From the NCBI GenBank assembly GCA_038150265.1, contig JAYOTF010000008.1, positions 12,200 to 76,199 of the forward strand: DNA of 64,000 bases, in the 5' to 3' direction. Source of the DNA: Deltaproteobacteria bacterium (GTDB lineage: Bacteria > SAR324 > NAC60-12). Both the position numbers and the translations under genes were made by a program. Within the stretch, counting starts at the first letter, position 1. Every line of letters begins with the position of its first letter. The notes below the pieces were generated by a model. The model was not told where the DNA came from. It searched no databases and saw only the letters and a program-made list of their open reading frames with translations. Shown here piece after piece: positions 28,405 to 38,504 of this stretch.

Positions 28405-29592
28405 CTAGATCAGTCCATAATGCTGAGCCAGCTGTTCAAAGGCAGGGCGCGAACGCTCAATCTCTTCCTCGGTGCAGCAGAAGGAGATCCGGAAGTAACC
28501 GGGGCGGCCGAAGCCGGTTCCGGGAACCAGCAGGAGGCGTTGCTCCTGAGCACGTTGCACAAAGGCGATGTCGTCTGGTTCCGGAGCCCGGGGGAAGAGG
28601 TAGAAGGCGCCCTGGGGCCGGACCACTTCAAAGTTGCAGGCCTCGAGCAATTCAAGGAAGCGGTTCCGGAGGCGCTCATAGACGGAGATGTCAACGGTTG
28701 CGGTGCCAATCTCCGGGAGCACACGCTGCATGAGCCCGGGGGCATTGACGAAGCCCAGCACCCGGTTGGCCAGCACCAGCGCCCCCTGCACCAGCGCCCG
28801 CTCCTCAATCTGCGGGTTGACGGCGATGTAGCCAATGCGCTCTCCAGGGAGCCCCAGGTCCTTGGAGTGCGAGGTCACCAGCAGGCTGTTGGGATGACTG
28901 AGCAGGGCGTTGCCACTGGTGACGCCATCGTAGGTGAGGCGGTGGTAGATGTCATCCGAGACCAGGTAGATCGGGTGGCCCACCTCCTGTTCCTTTTGCT
29001 GCAGCAACGCCCCCAGCGCATCCAGCGTCTCCTGCGTGTACACGACCCCAGTCGGGTTGTTGGGGGAGTTGACCAGCACCACCTTCGTCTGTGGACCGAT
29101 GGCCGCGTCCAACGCGTTCAGGTCGGGCTGAAAGTGCGCGTCGGTGGGAACCGGCTTGAGGACACCGCCATGATTTTGTGCATAAAACCCATACTCCACA
29201 AAATAGGGGGCAAGGGCGACCACCTCGTCTCCCGGATCCAGCAGGGCCTTGAGGACCACATTCAGCCCGCCTCCGGCTCCGCAGCACATCACGACGTCCT
29301 CCGGTTCGAAGCCGAGCCCAGTTGCGGTTTTCAGAGTGGTGGCCTCGTAAGCCCGGACCTCCGGATAGCCTGCGTTGGGCATGTACCGGTGCAGTCCGGG
29401 AGCCGGCGCGTCGAGCAGCTTCCGGAGCGCCTCGTGAAACGCTTCCGGAGGCTCGAGGACGGGGTTGCCGATGGAGAAGTCGTAAACCTGCTCGGCGCCG
29501 TGGAGGGCCTTGAGGCGGGCGCCTTCTTCAAACATCTGGCGGATCCAGGAGGATCGCTGCATGGAGTCACGGACGCTCTGCGCAATGGGCAT
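28405..29592 (-). CDS. Class I/II PLP-dependent aminotransferase (aspartate aminotransferase-like)
   Basis: 395 aa. PLP-lysine region (SHSKDLGLPGERIGY). Typical fold-type I aminotransferase length. Confidence 0.8.
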   Translation of the reverse strand: MPIAQSVRDSMQRSSWIRQMFEEGARLKALHGAEQVYDFSIGNPVLEPPEAFHEALRKLLDAPAPGLHRYMPNAGYPEVRAYEATTLKTATGLGFEPEDVVMCCGAGGGLNVVLKALLDPGDEVVALAPYFVEYGFYAQNHGGVLKPVPTDAHFQPDLNALDAAIGPQTKVVLVNSPNNPTGVVYTQETLDALGALLQQKEQEVGHPIYLVSDDIYHRLTYDGVTSGNALLSHPNSLLVTSHSKDLGLPGERIGYIAVNPQIEERALVQGALVLANRVLGFVNAPGLMQRVLPEIGTATVDISVYERLRNRFLELLEACNFEVVRPQGAFYLFPRAPEPDDIAFVQRAQEQRLLLVPGTGFGRPGYFRISFCCTEEEIERSRPAFEQLAQHYGLI

Positions 29593-29656
29593 AAGGGGGT
29601 GATGGATTCAGTGTGGAAAAAGGCTCGGGCCAGCGGGAACAGAACAACCAGGGCGG

Positions 29657-31363
29657 TTAGGGGGCCCTCCAGACACCGTGTTCCTCCAGCAGGTCAATCA
29701 GGCGATCAACCGCCTGCTCCGAGGGGATGTTGCGGGCCACCTGCTCCTGCCCCTTGTAAAGGTGCACCTTGCCCGGCCCGGCTCCAACGTACCCGAAGTC
29801 GGCGTCGGCCATCTCTCCGGGGCCGTTCACCACGCAGCCCATGACGGCGATCTTGACCCCCTTGAGGTGCGCGGTGCGCTCCTTGATGCGGGCGGTGGTG
29901 GTCTGGAGGTCAAAGAAGGTCCGTCCGCAGGAAGGGCAGGAGATGAAGTCTGCCTTGTACAGCCGCACCCGAGTTGCCTGCAGGAGCATCTGGGCAAACT
30001 CGACCTCGGGCGCCTCCGGATTGGGGGTTGGACACACGAGGGCCTGCAGCAGGCCTTCGGCAATCAGCGTGCCCAGCTCCGCAGCAAGGCCAAGGGGGAG
30101 CTGTTCGGGTTCCAATGCCGGAAGCACCACTCCGAGTGGCCAGGGGGTGTGGGCCTGATCGAGCTGCTGGCGCCACTCCCGGATGACGGAAAGCGGGTGG
30201 TCGGTGGTCAGCAAAAGCAGCTCCGGACGGTCCGGGTCAACAGGAGCAGCGGGGCTGAGCAGGCGGAAGGGAAGGACCCCAGCCTGATCCTTTTGCAAAA
30301 GGCCATCAAAGACATCGCTGCCCAGTCCGGGGATGATGTAGTCGCTGAGCGCCAGCAGGCGGAAGGGCGCGGCGCCTCCGACTGTGAGGCCGTTCAGGTC
30401 CACAGCCGTGGTGACGGTGGCGTGGGGCCCTTCCGGGATCAGCTCGCCCTTCTGCAGGGTTCCGGTGAAGGAGGCTTCCTGGCGCGAGGCGGTGGGAGCC
30501 TGCCCCTGGATTTCTTCAAGAATTTGCCGAGCCGCCGGAATTTCGTTCTCTGCAGGTTCCGTCAAGGAGACCCGGATGGTATCGCCCAAGCCATCGGCAA
30601 GGAGCCCCCCGATGCCCACGGCGCTTTTGATGCGTCCGTCTGGACCAAAGCCGGCTTCGGTCACGCCCAGGTGCAGTGGGTAGTCCATGCCCTCTTCATC
30701 CATGCGCTTCACCAGGAGCCGATAGGCCTGCATCATCACCATCGGGTTGGACGACTTCATGGAGAGGACGATGTCGTGGTAGTCGTGCTTCCGGAAGAGG
30801 CGGAGGAACTCCAGCGCCGACTGCACCATGCCCTCGGGGGAGTCGCCGTAGCGGTTCATGATGCGGTCGGAGAGTGACCCGTGGTTGGTGCCGATGCGCA
30901 AGGCCCGTCCGTAGCGCTTGAGGTTGGCAATCAGGGGCAGGAGCGACTCCTCAATGCGCTCCAGCTCTTCGGCATACTGGGCATCGGAGTACTCCCGGAC
31001 TTCAAACTTCTTGCGGTCGGCGTAGTTGCCCGGATTGATCCGGACCTTTTCCACAAACTCGCAGGCGCCAACGGCCAGGAGGGGGTTGAAGTGGATGTCG
31101 GCAATCAGGGGGCGGGTGATGCCCCGCTCGCGCATGCCCGCATGGATGCGACCCAGGGCTTCCACGGACTTCTGGTTGGGAGCCGTGACTCGAATCATTT
31201 CACACCCGACGGCATCCAGGCGGACAATTTCGGCAAGGCAGGCGTCGACATCGGTGGTGTCTGAGGTCAGCATCGACTGGATGCGGATCGGTTCCTGCCC
31301 GCCAACCGCAAGGTCTCCAATGCGGACGGTACGGCACGATCGGCGAAAGGGCTGCAAGGACAT
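29657..31363 (-). CDS. ispG: 4-hydroxy-3-methylbut-2-enyl diphosphate synthase (long form with insertion domain)
   Basis: 568 aa. TIM-barrel N-terminus (RRSCRTVRIGDLAVGG), large central insertion, C-terminal 4Fe-4S Cys motif (CPSCGRT...C). Confidence 0.9.
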   Translation of the reverse strand: MSLQPFRRSCRTVRIGDLAVGGQEPIRIQSMLTSDTTDVDACLAEIVRLDAVGCEMIRVTAPNQKSVEALGRIHAGMRERGITRPLIADIHFNPLLAVGACEFVEKVRINPGNYADRKKFEVREYSDAQYAEELERIEESLLPLIANLKRYGRALRIGTNHGSLSDRIMNRYGDSPEGMVQSALEFLRLFRKHDYHDIVLSMKSSNPMVMMQAYRLLVKRMDEEGMDYPLHLGVTEAGFGPDGRIKSAVGIGGLLADGLGDTIRVSLTEPAENEIPAARQILEEIQGQAPTASRQEASFTGTLQKGELIPEGPHATVTTAVDLNGLTVGGAAPFRLLALSDYIIPGLGSDVFDGLLQKDQAGVLPFRLLSPAAPVDPDRPELLLLTTDHPLSVIREWRQQLDQAHTPWPLGVVLPALEPEQLPLGLAAELGTLIAEGLLQALVCPTPNPEAPEVEFAQMLLQATRVRLYKADFISCPSCGRTFFDLQTTTARIKERTAHLKGVKIAVMGCVVNGPGEMADADFGYVGAGPGKVHLYKGQEQVARNIPSEQAVDRLIDLLEEHGVWRAP

Positions 31364-31535
31364 GAAGGGACTCTCGAAACAAATCGTAAAATCAAAATCT
31401 TGAGCGGAGTCTCTTTCACTTTCAAGCGGAACTCCGGAGGAGGGGGTGCTTCCGGAAGCGGAAGCTTGTGCTTTGAGGCGCCTTCCCGCTATTTTGGAGG
31501 GCCTTTTTCTTCTCCATTTTTTCAGGAATTTTGTG

Positions 31536-32348
31536 ATGTCCCCTCCTGCTTCTCGACTCCCCAGCCTCTACCTGCCTCATGGCGGAGGCCCGTGCTTCTT
31601 CATGGACTGGACGATGGGGCCTCCCGACACGTGGAATCGCATGCAGACGTGGCTGGAAGGCTTGCTGGACACGCTTCCGGAACGTCCCACTCGGCTGCTG
31701 GTGATCTCGGCTCACTGGGAAACCCCCGTGGTGCAGGTGACCACGCATCCCGAGCCCGAGTTGATTTATGACTACTACGGCTTTCCTCAGCACACCTACC
31801 AACTGCAGTGGCCTGCTCCCGGTGATCCCGCCTTGGCGCAGCAGGTGCTGACGCTGCTGGAAGAAGCCCGGATTCCTGCAGAAGCCAACCCGACCCGAGG
31901 CTGGGACCATGGGGTGTTCATCCCGTTCAAGGTCGCCCTTCCGGAGGCGGACCTGCCGACGGTGGCCGTGTCGTTGCGGGCAGATCTGGACCCGGCGTTT
32001 CACTACCAGGTGGGACAGGCGCTGCGGCCCCTCAAGGATCAGGGGGTGCTGATCGTGGGGTCAGGCATGAGCTACCACAACCTGAAGCGGATGTTCTCCG
32101 GATCGCTGCTGGAGGAATCGGTGGCCTTTGATGGCTGGCTGCAGGAGTGGTCGCAGCTTCCGGAACCGGAGCGTCAGCAGAAGTTGGTGAACTGGTTGCA
32201 GGCGCCTCAGGCTCGGCAGTGCCATCCACGTGAAGAGCACCTGGCCCCCCTGTTTGTGGCGGCAGGGGCCAGCTCCGGAGGCCAGGCGTGGTGCCCCTTC
32301 ACCGATCAGGTCATGGGCGCTCAGGTGTCAGCGTTTGCGTTTGACTGA
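31536..32348 (+). CDS. Class III extradiol ring-cleavage dioxygenase (LigB/YgiD-like 4,5-DOPA dioxygenase family)
   Basis: 270 aa from ATG 31536 (MSPPASRLPSLYLPHGGGPCFFMD...). His-rich metal site pattern (ISAHWE; WDHGVFIP). Confidence 0.7.
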   Translation: MSPPASRLPSLYLPHGGGPCFFMDWTMGPPDTWNRMQTWLEGLLDTLPERPTRLLVISAHWETPVVQVTTHPEPELIYDYYGFPQHTYQLQWPAPGDPALAQQVLTLLEEARIPAEANPTRGWDHGVFIPFKVALPEADLPTVAVSLRADLDPAFHYQVGQALRPLKDQGVLIVGSGMSYHNLKRMFSGSLLEESVAFDGWLQEWSQLPEPERQQKLVNWLQAPQARQCHPREEHLAPLFVAAGASSGGQAWCPFTDQVMGAQVSAFAFD

Positions 32349-33328
32349 GTGCGTGCCAATTCCTGAAACAGCCAGACAAACGCAAAAACGGTGGCAACAC
32401 AGCCTCCGAAGACCACAAAGAAGGGAAGCCCCGGGTGCTGCTCCACGGCGTACCCGCCCCACAGGTTTCCTGTCACCATGGCCAGGCTCCAGGCGAGGTG
32501 CGACCAGCCCACCACCTGAGCCTTTTCATCAGGACCTGCCACCGCGTTCATGAGACGCGGGAGCAGGGTTGAGACGCCCCACGCACACACGGCTCCCCCG
32601 GTTCCCAAGAGAAACAGCCCTGCCAGAGAGTCGGTGTAGAAGCCGATGCCTCCGGAACAGAGGGCGACGCCAATGCTCGAGAGCAGGGTGGGGCGCTGGG
32701 GGCCACTTTGATCGGCCCACTTGCCAATGAACACCTGTCCGGATGCAGCCAGCACCAGGCTGACGGAGACGTAACTGGTGGACCAGAACACCGACTCGGT
32801 GGCCCGGAAGATCAGCAACGGCAGCAGCAAGGTCGCGGTGCCCCAGTAGCAGGTGGGAAGGAAGCGGACTGCGAGGATCAGCTGCACCGCCCGCCGCTTC
32901 AGCAAAAAAGGCGCGGGTCCGGAGGTGGGGGCTGGCGCCGGTGTGCCCCGTTCCGGCTCCGACAGAAAGCGCGCAATGCCCAGCAGCAGCACGGCCACTC
33001 CCCCCAGCAGCCCCACTCCCAACCCCACAAAACCAAGGTGCTCCACCACGGGACCGGCGACCAGGTTCCCCAGTGACGTCCCCAGCGTCATGCCCAGAAA
33101 GTAGTAGGCGGAGCGGCTGCTGAGCTGAGCCTCGGGGACACTGTGAAGCAGGTAGGCGTGTCCGGAGGTGACGAGGAAGCCGGTTCCGAGGCCAAACCCG
33201 ATGCTGAGCGGAAGGAGGAAGGCGCTTTCGCTCTGGAGGAAGATGAGCGCGCCCAGCAGGCTTCCGGAAGCACCGAAGAGGAACATCGGCTTGAGGCCCC
33301 AGCGGTCGCAGAGGCGCCCAGCAGGCAC
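32321..33328 (-). CDS. MFS transporter (annotated from first canonical start GTG 33328; coding evidently continues upstream to 33541 without a canonical start)
   Basis: MFS motif A (GRLCDRWGLKP). About 10 TM helices in the annotated part. Two further TM helices are encoded in-frame upstream (see findings). Confidence 0.6.
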   Translation of the reverse strand: MPAGRLCDRWGLKPMFLFGASGSLLGALIFLQSESAFLLPLSIGFGLGTGFLVTSGHAYLLHSVPEAQLSSRSAYYFLGMTLGTSLGNLVAGPVVEHLGFVGLGVGLLGGVAVLLLGIARFLSEPERGTPAPAPTSGPAPFLLKRRAVQLILAVRFLPTCYWGTATLLLPLLIFRATESVFWSTSYVSVSLVLAASGQVFIGKWADQSGPQRPTLLSSIGVALCSGGIGFYTDSLAGLFLLGTGGAVCAWGVSTLLPRLMNAVAGPDEKAQVVGWSHLAWSLAMVTGNLWGGYAVEQHPGLPFFVVFGGCVATVFAFVWLFQELARTQSNANADT

Positions 33329-33541
33329 GGCAGACAGCCCTCCGAGGATCAGAAAGACGGAGTTGATGCCCGCGGAAAACAGCGGAGGCGCCTGCAGTTC
33401 AGACTCGACATAAATCGGCAGCAGCGCGTTGATGGGGCCGGTGAAGAGGCTGACGCAGAAGTTGAGGAAGAGAAAGCGCGCGAGGATGAAGCCTCCTGAA
33501 GCAGCAAAAGGAAACGGGCGAGGGGGAGACGTCTGCGGAGG

Positions 33542-34015
33542 CTAGCCTTCGTTTGCGGTCAGGGCCTGGTGGGCGCGATCAATGGCGTCATTGAGGTAGT
33601 ATCCGAAAAAATCCTCTGGACCGAGTCCCACGAAGCGATCCACCAGCTCCTCGCCGTTGGGACCGAGGAAGACCATGGTGGGGACCAGGGAGATGCGGTA
33701 GCGTTCGGTGAGGGTTTCGAGGGTCTGCGCGGTACCGTCAAAGTCCCGGAAGGGCCGGGAGGGGTGATCACGAGGAACCTCGCGGATGAGGAGGCGGTGG
33801 GCCTGTTCGCCGTTTCGTTGCATGGGCAGCAGGTAGCCCTGCTTGAGGCGGTGGCAGTAAGGACAGTACTCTTCGGTAAAGACGAGGAGCAGCGCAACCT
33901 GATTCTGCCGCATGGTGGCCGCGTCGGCGGCCAGGTCTTGAACCGGCGGGAGCGACTCCGCCCAGGCAAACCCGGGCGGGAGCAGGAGAGCAAGGAGGAT
34001 GAAAACGCGAATCAT
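33542..34015 (-). CDS. soxW: Periplasmic thioredoxin-like protein (SoxW-like)
   Basis: 157 aa. Signal peptide. Thioredoxin motif CPYC. Sits at the 3' end of the sox cluster. Confidence 0.7.
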   Translation of the reverse strand: MIRVFILLALLLPPGFAWAESLPPVQDLAADAATMRQNQVALLLVFTEEYCPYCHRLKQGYLLPMQRNGEQAHRLLIREVPRDHPSRPFRDFDGTAQTLETLTERYRISLVPTMVFLGPNGEELVDRFVGLGPEDFFGYYLNDAIDRAHQALTANEG

Positions 34016-34033
34016 TTTTCCCCCTTGGGGTGG

Positions 34034-34675
34034 TTAGAGCTTGCGCTCAAAGGTGGCCACGTATGCGGCAATGCTGTTGATCACCTGCTCATCGGGAAGG
34101 GTGAGCGAGATGCCACGCATCATGGCTCCGTACTTGTCATCGGGGTGAGCCCCTCGGATGCCGGTGTAGAAGTTCTTGAGCTGCCGGACCACGTACCAGT
34201 CCTGCTGACCGGCAATGCGTGGGGCCTGCAGTCCGACGTTGCCTTCGCCTTCGGAGCCATGGCAGGACGCGCAGCTGGCGTCATAAGCCTGCTTGCCCAC
34301 GTCGAGGTCTCCCTCAATGGTCTTGGGAGGGTTGTAGGCTTCGAGGGAAGTCAGGTAGGCGACAACGTCATCGACCACCTGCTCGTCGATGAGCATGTTG
34401 GCCATGGGGCGCATCCACTGTCCCAACTCATCGTCCGGATGGGCGCCACGGATGCCCTGCTTGAAGTTGAGAATCTGACGCTTGAGGTACCAGTCCTCCT
34501 GTCCGGCGAGGGAGGGGGTCTGGAGTTTGGGCATCCCGTTGCCATTGGACGCATGGCAACCGCCACAGGTTGCATAGTGCCACTGACCCCGCTCCGGGTC
34601 TCCTTTGGCCCAGACCGTTGTGGTCAGCGCAAGGCTGGTCAGCAGCAGTACTCCCCAATGCCTCAATGTCTGCAT
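34034..34675 (-). CDS. Dihaem cytochrome c4-family protein
   Basis: 213 aa. Signal peptide. Two CxxCH motifs (CGGCH, CASCH) in a duplicated domain arrangement. Confidence 0.75.
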   Translation of the reverse strand: MQTLRHWGVLLLTSLALTTTVWAKGDPERGQWHYATCGGCHASNGNGMPKLQTPSLAGQEDWYLKRQILNFKQGIRGAHPDDELGQWMRPMANMLIDEQVVDDVVAYLTSLEAYNPPKTIEGDLDVGKQAYDASCASCHGSEGEGNVGLQAPRIAGQQDWYVVRQLKNFYTGIRGAHPDDKYGAMMRGISLTLPDEQVINSIAAYVATFERKL

Positions 34676-34742
34676 CGTCTCTCCTTGGTTGTCTCAATCA
34701 ATTGGAATCAAGCGGGGCCGGAGGTTCCGACCCCAGGTCTGC

Positions 34743-36026
34743 TCAGGCAAACATGTCCTGAGTGATGCTGTCGTACCAGCCCTGAGCGTAGACCGCTTCC
34801 TGGGCGCGTGCGGCAGCATCTGCGTTTTTGGGGCTCACTCCCCCGGCTCCGGAAACGCCAGCGATCTTGCCTTCGTTGAACCGATAGACGGCTGCGACGG
34901 AGATGCTGTAGTTCGGAGTCACCAGGCTGTAGCAGGTGTTGGCAAACGAGGGCGCCACCGGATCCTCTCCCCGCAGAAGGGAGACAATGGCTGCGGCACA
35001 CACCTTGGCCTGGCTGTTGGCCGAGAAGCCAGACTTGGGCATGGCACCGGCGATGCTGGCATCTCCAATGACGTGCACCTTGGGCATCTTCTCCGATTCA
35101 AAGGTGATCTGGTTCACCGGGCACCAACCCGCGTCGTTGGTGAGTCCGGAATCTCGGGCGATCTTGCCGGCCCACTGAGCCGGGATGAAGTTGATCACAT
35201 CTCCCTTTTCCCAGCCAAACTCGGTCTCCACCTGCATGTTCGCGGCATCAATCTGCAGCACCTTTCCCCCGGCGCTGCCCTGCCGCCACTCAATGAGGTC
35301 GCGGTAGTGGAGGTTCCAGCCGTCGGTGAAGAGCGGCTGCTTGGAGAACTTCTCCTTCATGTCCAGAATCAGGACCTTGGACCTGGGTTTGTTCTGAGAC
35401 AGGTAGTGCGCCATCATGCTGGCCCGCTCATAGGGTCCGGGCGGGCAGCGGAACGGGTTTTCGGGCGGGCAGATCACCACGGTTCCGCCATCGGGCATGG
35501 CCTCAAGTTGCTTGCGGAGCTGAACCGTTTGTGGGCCGGCCTTCCAGGCATGGGGCATCTTGTCTTCCACATCCGGACTGTGGCCCGGCATCTTGTCGTA
35601 CCGGACATCGACTCCGGGGGAAACGACGGCGCGGTCAAACGGAATGCGTGAGCCATCTGCCAGGACCACCGCGTTGGCTTCGACCCTGGATGCCCGAGCA
35701 TGCACCACCTTGACGCCATAGAGGCTTTCCAGCTTGGTGTAGCTGTGGGCAATGTCGTCCATCTGCTTGAGGCCACCGAGGACCAGGTTGCTGAACGGAC
35801 AGGTGTAAAAGGTCTTGTTGGGCTCCACCAGCGTCACATCCAGGGAGTTGTCCATCATCTTGAGGTACTTGGCTGCCGTCGCGCCTCCAAAGCCACCGCC
35901 CACCACCACGATCCGGGCGCTGGATGGGCTGACACGAGCGCTCTGAGAGGCAGTGTTGCAGCCGGCGAGGGTGGTGGCCCCTGCTGCGAGAAAGAGCTTG
36001 CTGAACTGTCTTCGGGTTACCTGCAT
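34743..36026 (-). CDS. fccB: Flavocytochrome c sulfide dehydrogenase flavoprotein subunit (FccB/SoxF)
   Basis: 427 aa. Tat signal (RRQFSKLFLAAGATTLAGC). FAD Rossmann motif (VVVGGGFGGATAAKY). Confidence 0.85.
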   Translation of the reverse strand: MQVTRRQFSKLFLAAGATTLAGCNTASQSARVSPSSARIVVVGGGFGGATAAKYLKMMDNSLDVTLVEPNKTFYTCPFSNLVLGGLKQMDDIAHSYTKLESLYGVKVVHARASRVEANAVVLADGSRIPFDRAVVSPGVDVRYDKMPGHSPDVEDKMPHAWKAGPQTVQLRKQLEAMPDGGTVVICPPENPFRCPPGPYERASMMAHYLSQNKPRSKVLILDMKEKFSKQPLFTDGWNLHYRDLIEWRQGSAGGKVLQIDAANMQVETEFGWEKGDVINFIPAQWAGKIARDSGLTNDAGWCPVNQITFESEKMPKVHVIGDASIAGAMPKSGFSANSQAKVCAAAIVSLLRGEDPVAPSFANTCYSLVTPNYSISVAAVYRFNEGKIAGVSGAGGVSPKNADAAARAQEAVYAQGWYDSITQDMFA

Positions 36027-36035
36027 CGCGTCTCC

Positions 36036-36356
36036 TTAGTTTTTTTGGTTACCAAGGTGGGCGGCAAGGAGCTTGATCTCCTCGTCCGTGTACCCTTTGG
36101 CGATTCGGTTCATCACAGTGGCGTAGCGCTCTTCGCTGCGGAATTGCTTCATGGCGCTTTCAATGTAGCTGGCTGATTTGCCGGCAATCGCAGGAATCGA
36201 GCCGGGGCTGTTTCCGTTGGTTCCGTGACACGAGGCGCAGGAAAGCGCGAGCACCATGCCGCGTTTTTCATCTGCGTGTGCGCTGGTGGCGAAACTCAAG
36301 CTGGCGCCCAGCAGCAGGGCGCTCAGCAGGGGTTTCTGCAACAGTTGCTTCATCAT
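36036..36356 (-). CDS. fccA: Flavocytochrome c small cytochrome subunit (FccA/SoxE-like monohaem cytochrome c)
   Basis: Start set at [28 protein letters not shown] (signal peptide). One CxxCH (CASCH). Lies 9 nt upstream of fccB. Confidence 0.65.
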   Translation of the reverse strand: MMKQLLQKPLLSALLLGASLSFATSAHADEKRGMVLALSCASCHGTNGNSPGSIPAIAGKSASYIESAMKQFRSEERYATVMNRIAKGYTDEEIKLLAAHLGNQKN

Positions 36357-36441
36357 GACCTCCCAATGGCGGGTTTGAGGAGGAGGGCCTGGAGCCCTCA
36401 AGGAATCAGGCGGAGCCTGAAAACTGATTCAGCGAGTCAAC

Positions 36442-37056
36442 TTATCGGATGACCGGAAGCGGTTTCATTTCCGGGCAGTCGCTCATGCAGGCGACATTCT
36501 GGGTGTCCGGGCGGTTATCCGGGATGAAGTTGTCCCGATTGGGCATTTCCATGGAAATGAGCTTTTCCCGGGTCAACTCCTCATCGTACTCCAGCAGGTA
36601 GTTCAGGTAGAGCACATACGCCGTAATGGCGTAGGTCTCTTCGGCGCTCAGGGACTGAGGCTCATAGAACGGCATGGCGCGTCGGATGTAGCTGAACAGC
36701 GTGGTGGCGTAAGGCCAGTAGCTGCCCACGGTCTTGGTCGGCTCGAGGGTGTTGAGGGTGTCCTCGGCTCCGGGAGCCGCAAGAACCGGCCAACGCCCCA
36801 CGGCTTCTCCAAACTCACCGTGGCACTGGGCGCACTTCATGATGTAGAGCGACTCGCCGGCTTCCGGGGTGGTCACCCCTTCCGGAAGTTCGTCTCCGAC
36901 CTCATTGATGCTGATGTCCCAGCCGGACAGCTCTTGTGGAGAGATGGCTGTCCCGAACCCATAAACCAGACCGTCTCCAGCGGAGGCGGTGCTCGCCATT
37001 CCCAAGCATGCCCCGGCGAGGAGGGACTTTTTGAAACAATCAGCCCATCTGAACAT
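36442..37056 (-). CDS. soxD: Monohaem cytochrome c (SoxD-like partner of SoxC)
   Basis: Start at MFRWADCFKKSLLAGACLGMASTASA (signal peptide). CAQCHG haem site. Its start overlaps the soxC stop by 17 nt. Confidence 0.6.
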   Translation of the reverse strand: MFRWADCFKKSLLAGACLGMASTASAGDGLVYGFGTAISPQELSGWDISINEVGDELPEGVTTPEAGESLYIMKCAQCHGEFGEAVGRWPVLAAPGAEDTLNTLEPTKTVGSYWPYATTLFSYIRRAMPFYEPQSLSAEETYAITAYVLYLNYLLEYDEELTREKLISMEMPNRDNFIPDNRPDTQNVACMSDCPEMKPLPVIR

Positions 37057-38446
37057 TGTACAGGTCTCCTTTTCCGTCGAGTTTCCAGGTGTAGATCGCG
37101 TTTTTATGATAGATGGAGTTGACCCCACGGGCGTCCCGGAGCTGGGCAAGGGTCGGCTGGACGAATCCGGTGCTGTCCATGGCTCGGCTTTGCAGCATCA
37201 TTTCCTGCCCGGGCTTCCAGTCGAAGGGCATCCGGAAGCGGGTGAGGCACTTCGAAAGCACCGGCTCCTGCAGGGTGGCTTCGGTCCAGTTGCGTCCGCC
37301 ATCCAGGGAGATGTCCACACGCTTGATGAAGCCACGTCCCGTCCAGGCGAGTCCGGAAAGCTCGTAGCGTCCGGGGCGGTCGAGGTGCTGACCGACGGAG
37401 GGGAAGGTGATCACGGAGTTGGTGTCTTGCACCCAGGTGAACTCGCGGGCCTGGCCTTCTCCCAGCAGGTCGGTGTACTTGGAGGTCTCCTCTCGGGTCC
37501 GCCACGGGTGAATGCCGAGCTTGAGGCGCCGGATCCACTTGATGTTCATGTTCCCCTCAAAGCCGGGGACGAGCAGGCGAATGGGGTACCCCTGTTCCGG
37601 ACGGAGCGCCTCGCCGTTTTGGGCATAGACGATCATGGCGTCATCCAGCAGCTTCCAGAGCGGGATGCTGCGGTCCATGGCTCCAGCGTCCGCTCCTTCT
37701 GCAAGGCACCAGGCGCCGTTGGCAGCATCGAGCCCCTCAGCGGCCAACTCCGGCGCTGTCTTGGACTGGGCGTAGAGGGCCCGTTTGACGAATTCCGGAT
37801 TGATGCCGACTTCTTCCAGCAGCGTTGACACCTTGACACCGGTCCACTCGCAGCAGCTGATCATGCCGTGGGTGAACTGAACGGAGTCCATCTGCACCCC
37901 CTTCCACTCCATGCCGCTGTTGGCGGGGCATTCAATGAAGCGGATGTGGCTTTCGCTCGGGAAGCGCTTGAGGTCGTCCATGGTGAAGGACAGCGGACGC
38001 TCCAGCAGCGGGGTGCCGTCGGCATCGGTGCCGCCATGGATCACCAGCCGGTGCTCATCGGGGTGAATGGTGGGCATGCCTCCGTGGTGCCGCTCGAAGT
38101 GAAGGCCATTGGGGGTGATGATGCCCTGGAGGTGCTGCAGCGGGGTGAAGCTGATGGAGGAGTTCGGAGACGCGGTCAGCCAGCTGACGTTGCCCCGCTG
38201 GACGTGAGCCTCAAACTCGGAGGGCGAGCCATAACCACGGGAGGTCACCCCCGGACCCAGGTGCTGGGACCATTCCGGAATGTTGGGCGGAAGGTTGCGG
38301 GTCTGGGCTTCTGCCATCACCGAGGATGCCCCAGCGGCAAGGGCTCCTCCGGTGGCCAGGGCCTGTTTGAAGAACTTGCGCCGGTTGAGCATCTCGGCGT
38401 ACTCCTGATTGATCTGCTGTTCCTCTTCCGGACGGATCTCCTTCAT
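37040..38446 (-). CDS. soxC: Sulfane dehydrogenase molybdopterin subunit SoxC (sulfite oxidase family)
   Basis: 468 aa. Tat signal (RRKFFKQALATGGALAAGASS). Molybdopterin-binding sulfite-oxidase fold followed by a dimerisation domain. Confidence 0.85.
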   Translation of the reverse strand: MKEIRPEEEQQINQEYAEMLNRRKFFKQALATGGALAAGASSVMAEAQTRNLPPNIPEWSQHLGPGVTSRGYGSPSEFEAHVQRGNVSWLTASPNSSISFTPLQHLQGIITPNGLHFERHHGGMPTIHPDEHRLVIHGGTDADGTPLLERPLSFTMDDLKRFPSESHIRFIECPANSGMEWKGVQMDSVQFTHGMISCCEWTGVKVSTLLEEVGINPEFVKRALYAQSKTAPELAAEGLDAANGAWCLAEGADAGAMDRSIPLWKLLDDAMIVYAQNGEALRPEQGYPIRLLVPGFEGNMNIKWIRRLKLGIHPWRTREETSKYTDLLGEGQAREFTWVQDTNSVITFPSVGQHLDRPGRYELSGLAWTGRGFIKRVDISLDGGRNWTEATLQEPVLSKCLTRFRMPFDWKPGQEMMLQSRAMDSTGFVQPTLAQLRDARGVNSIYHKNAIYTWKLDGKGDLYNVQMG

Positions 38447-38504
38447 GAGCTCTCCTAAGGTTGAGTGGGGCGGGAGGGCTTCCCGCCAGTTGCATTAAGG
38501 CGAA

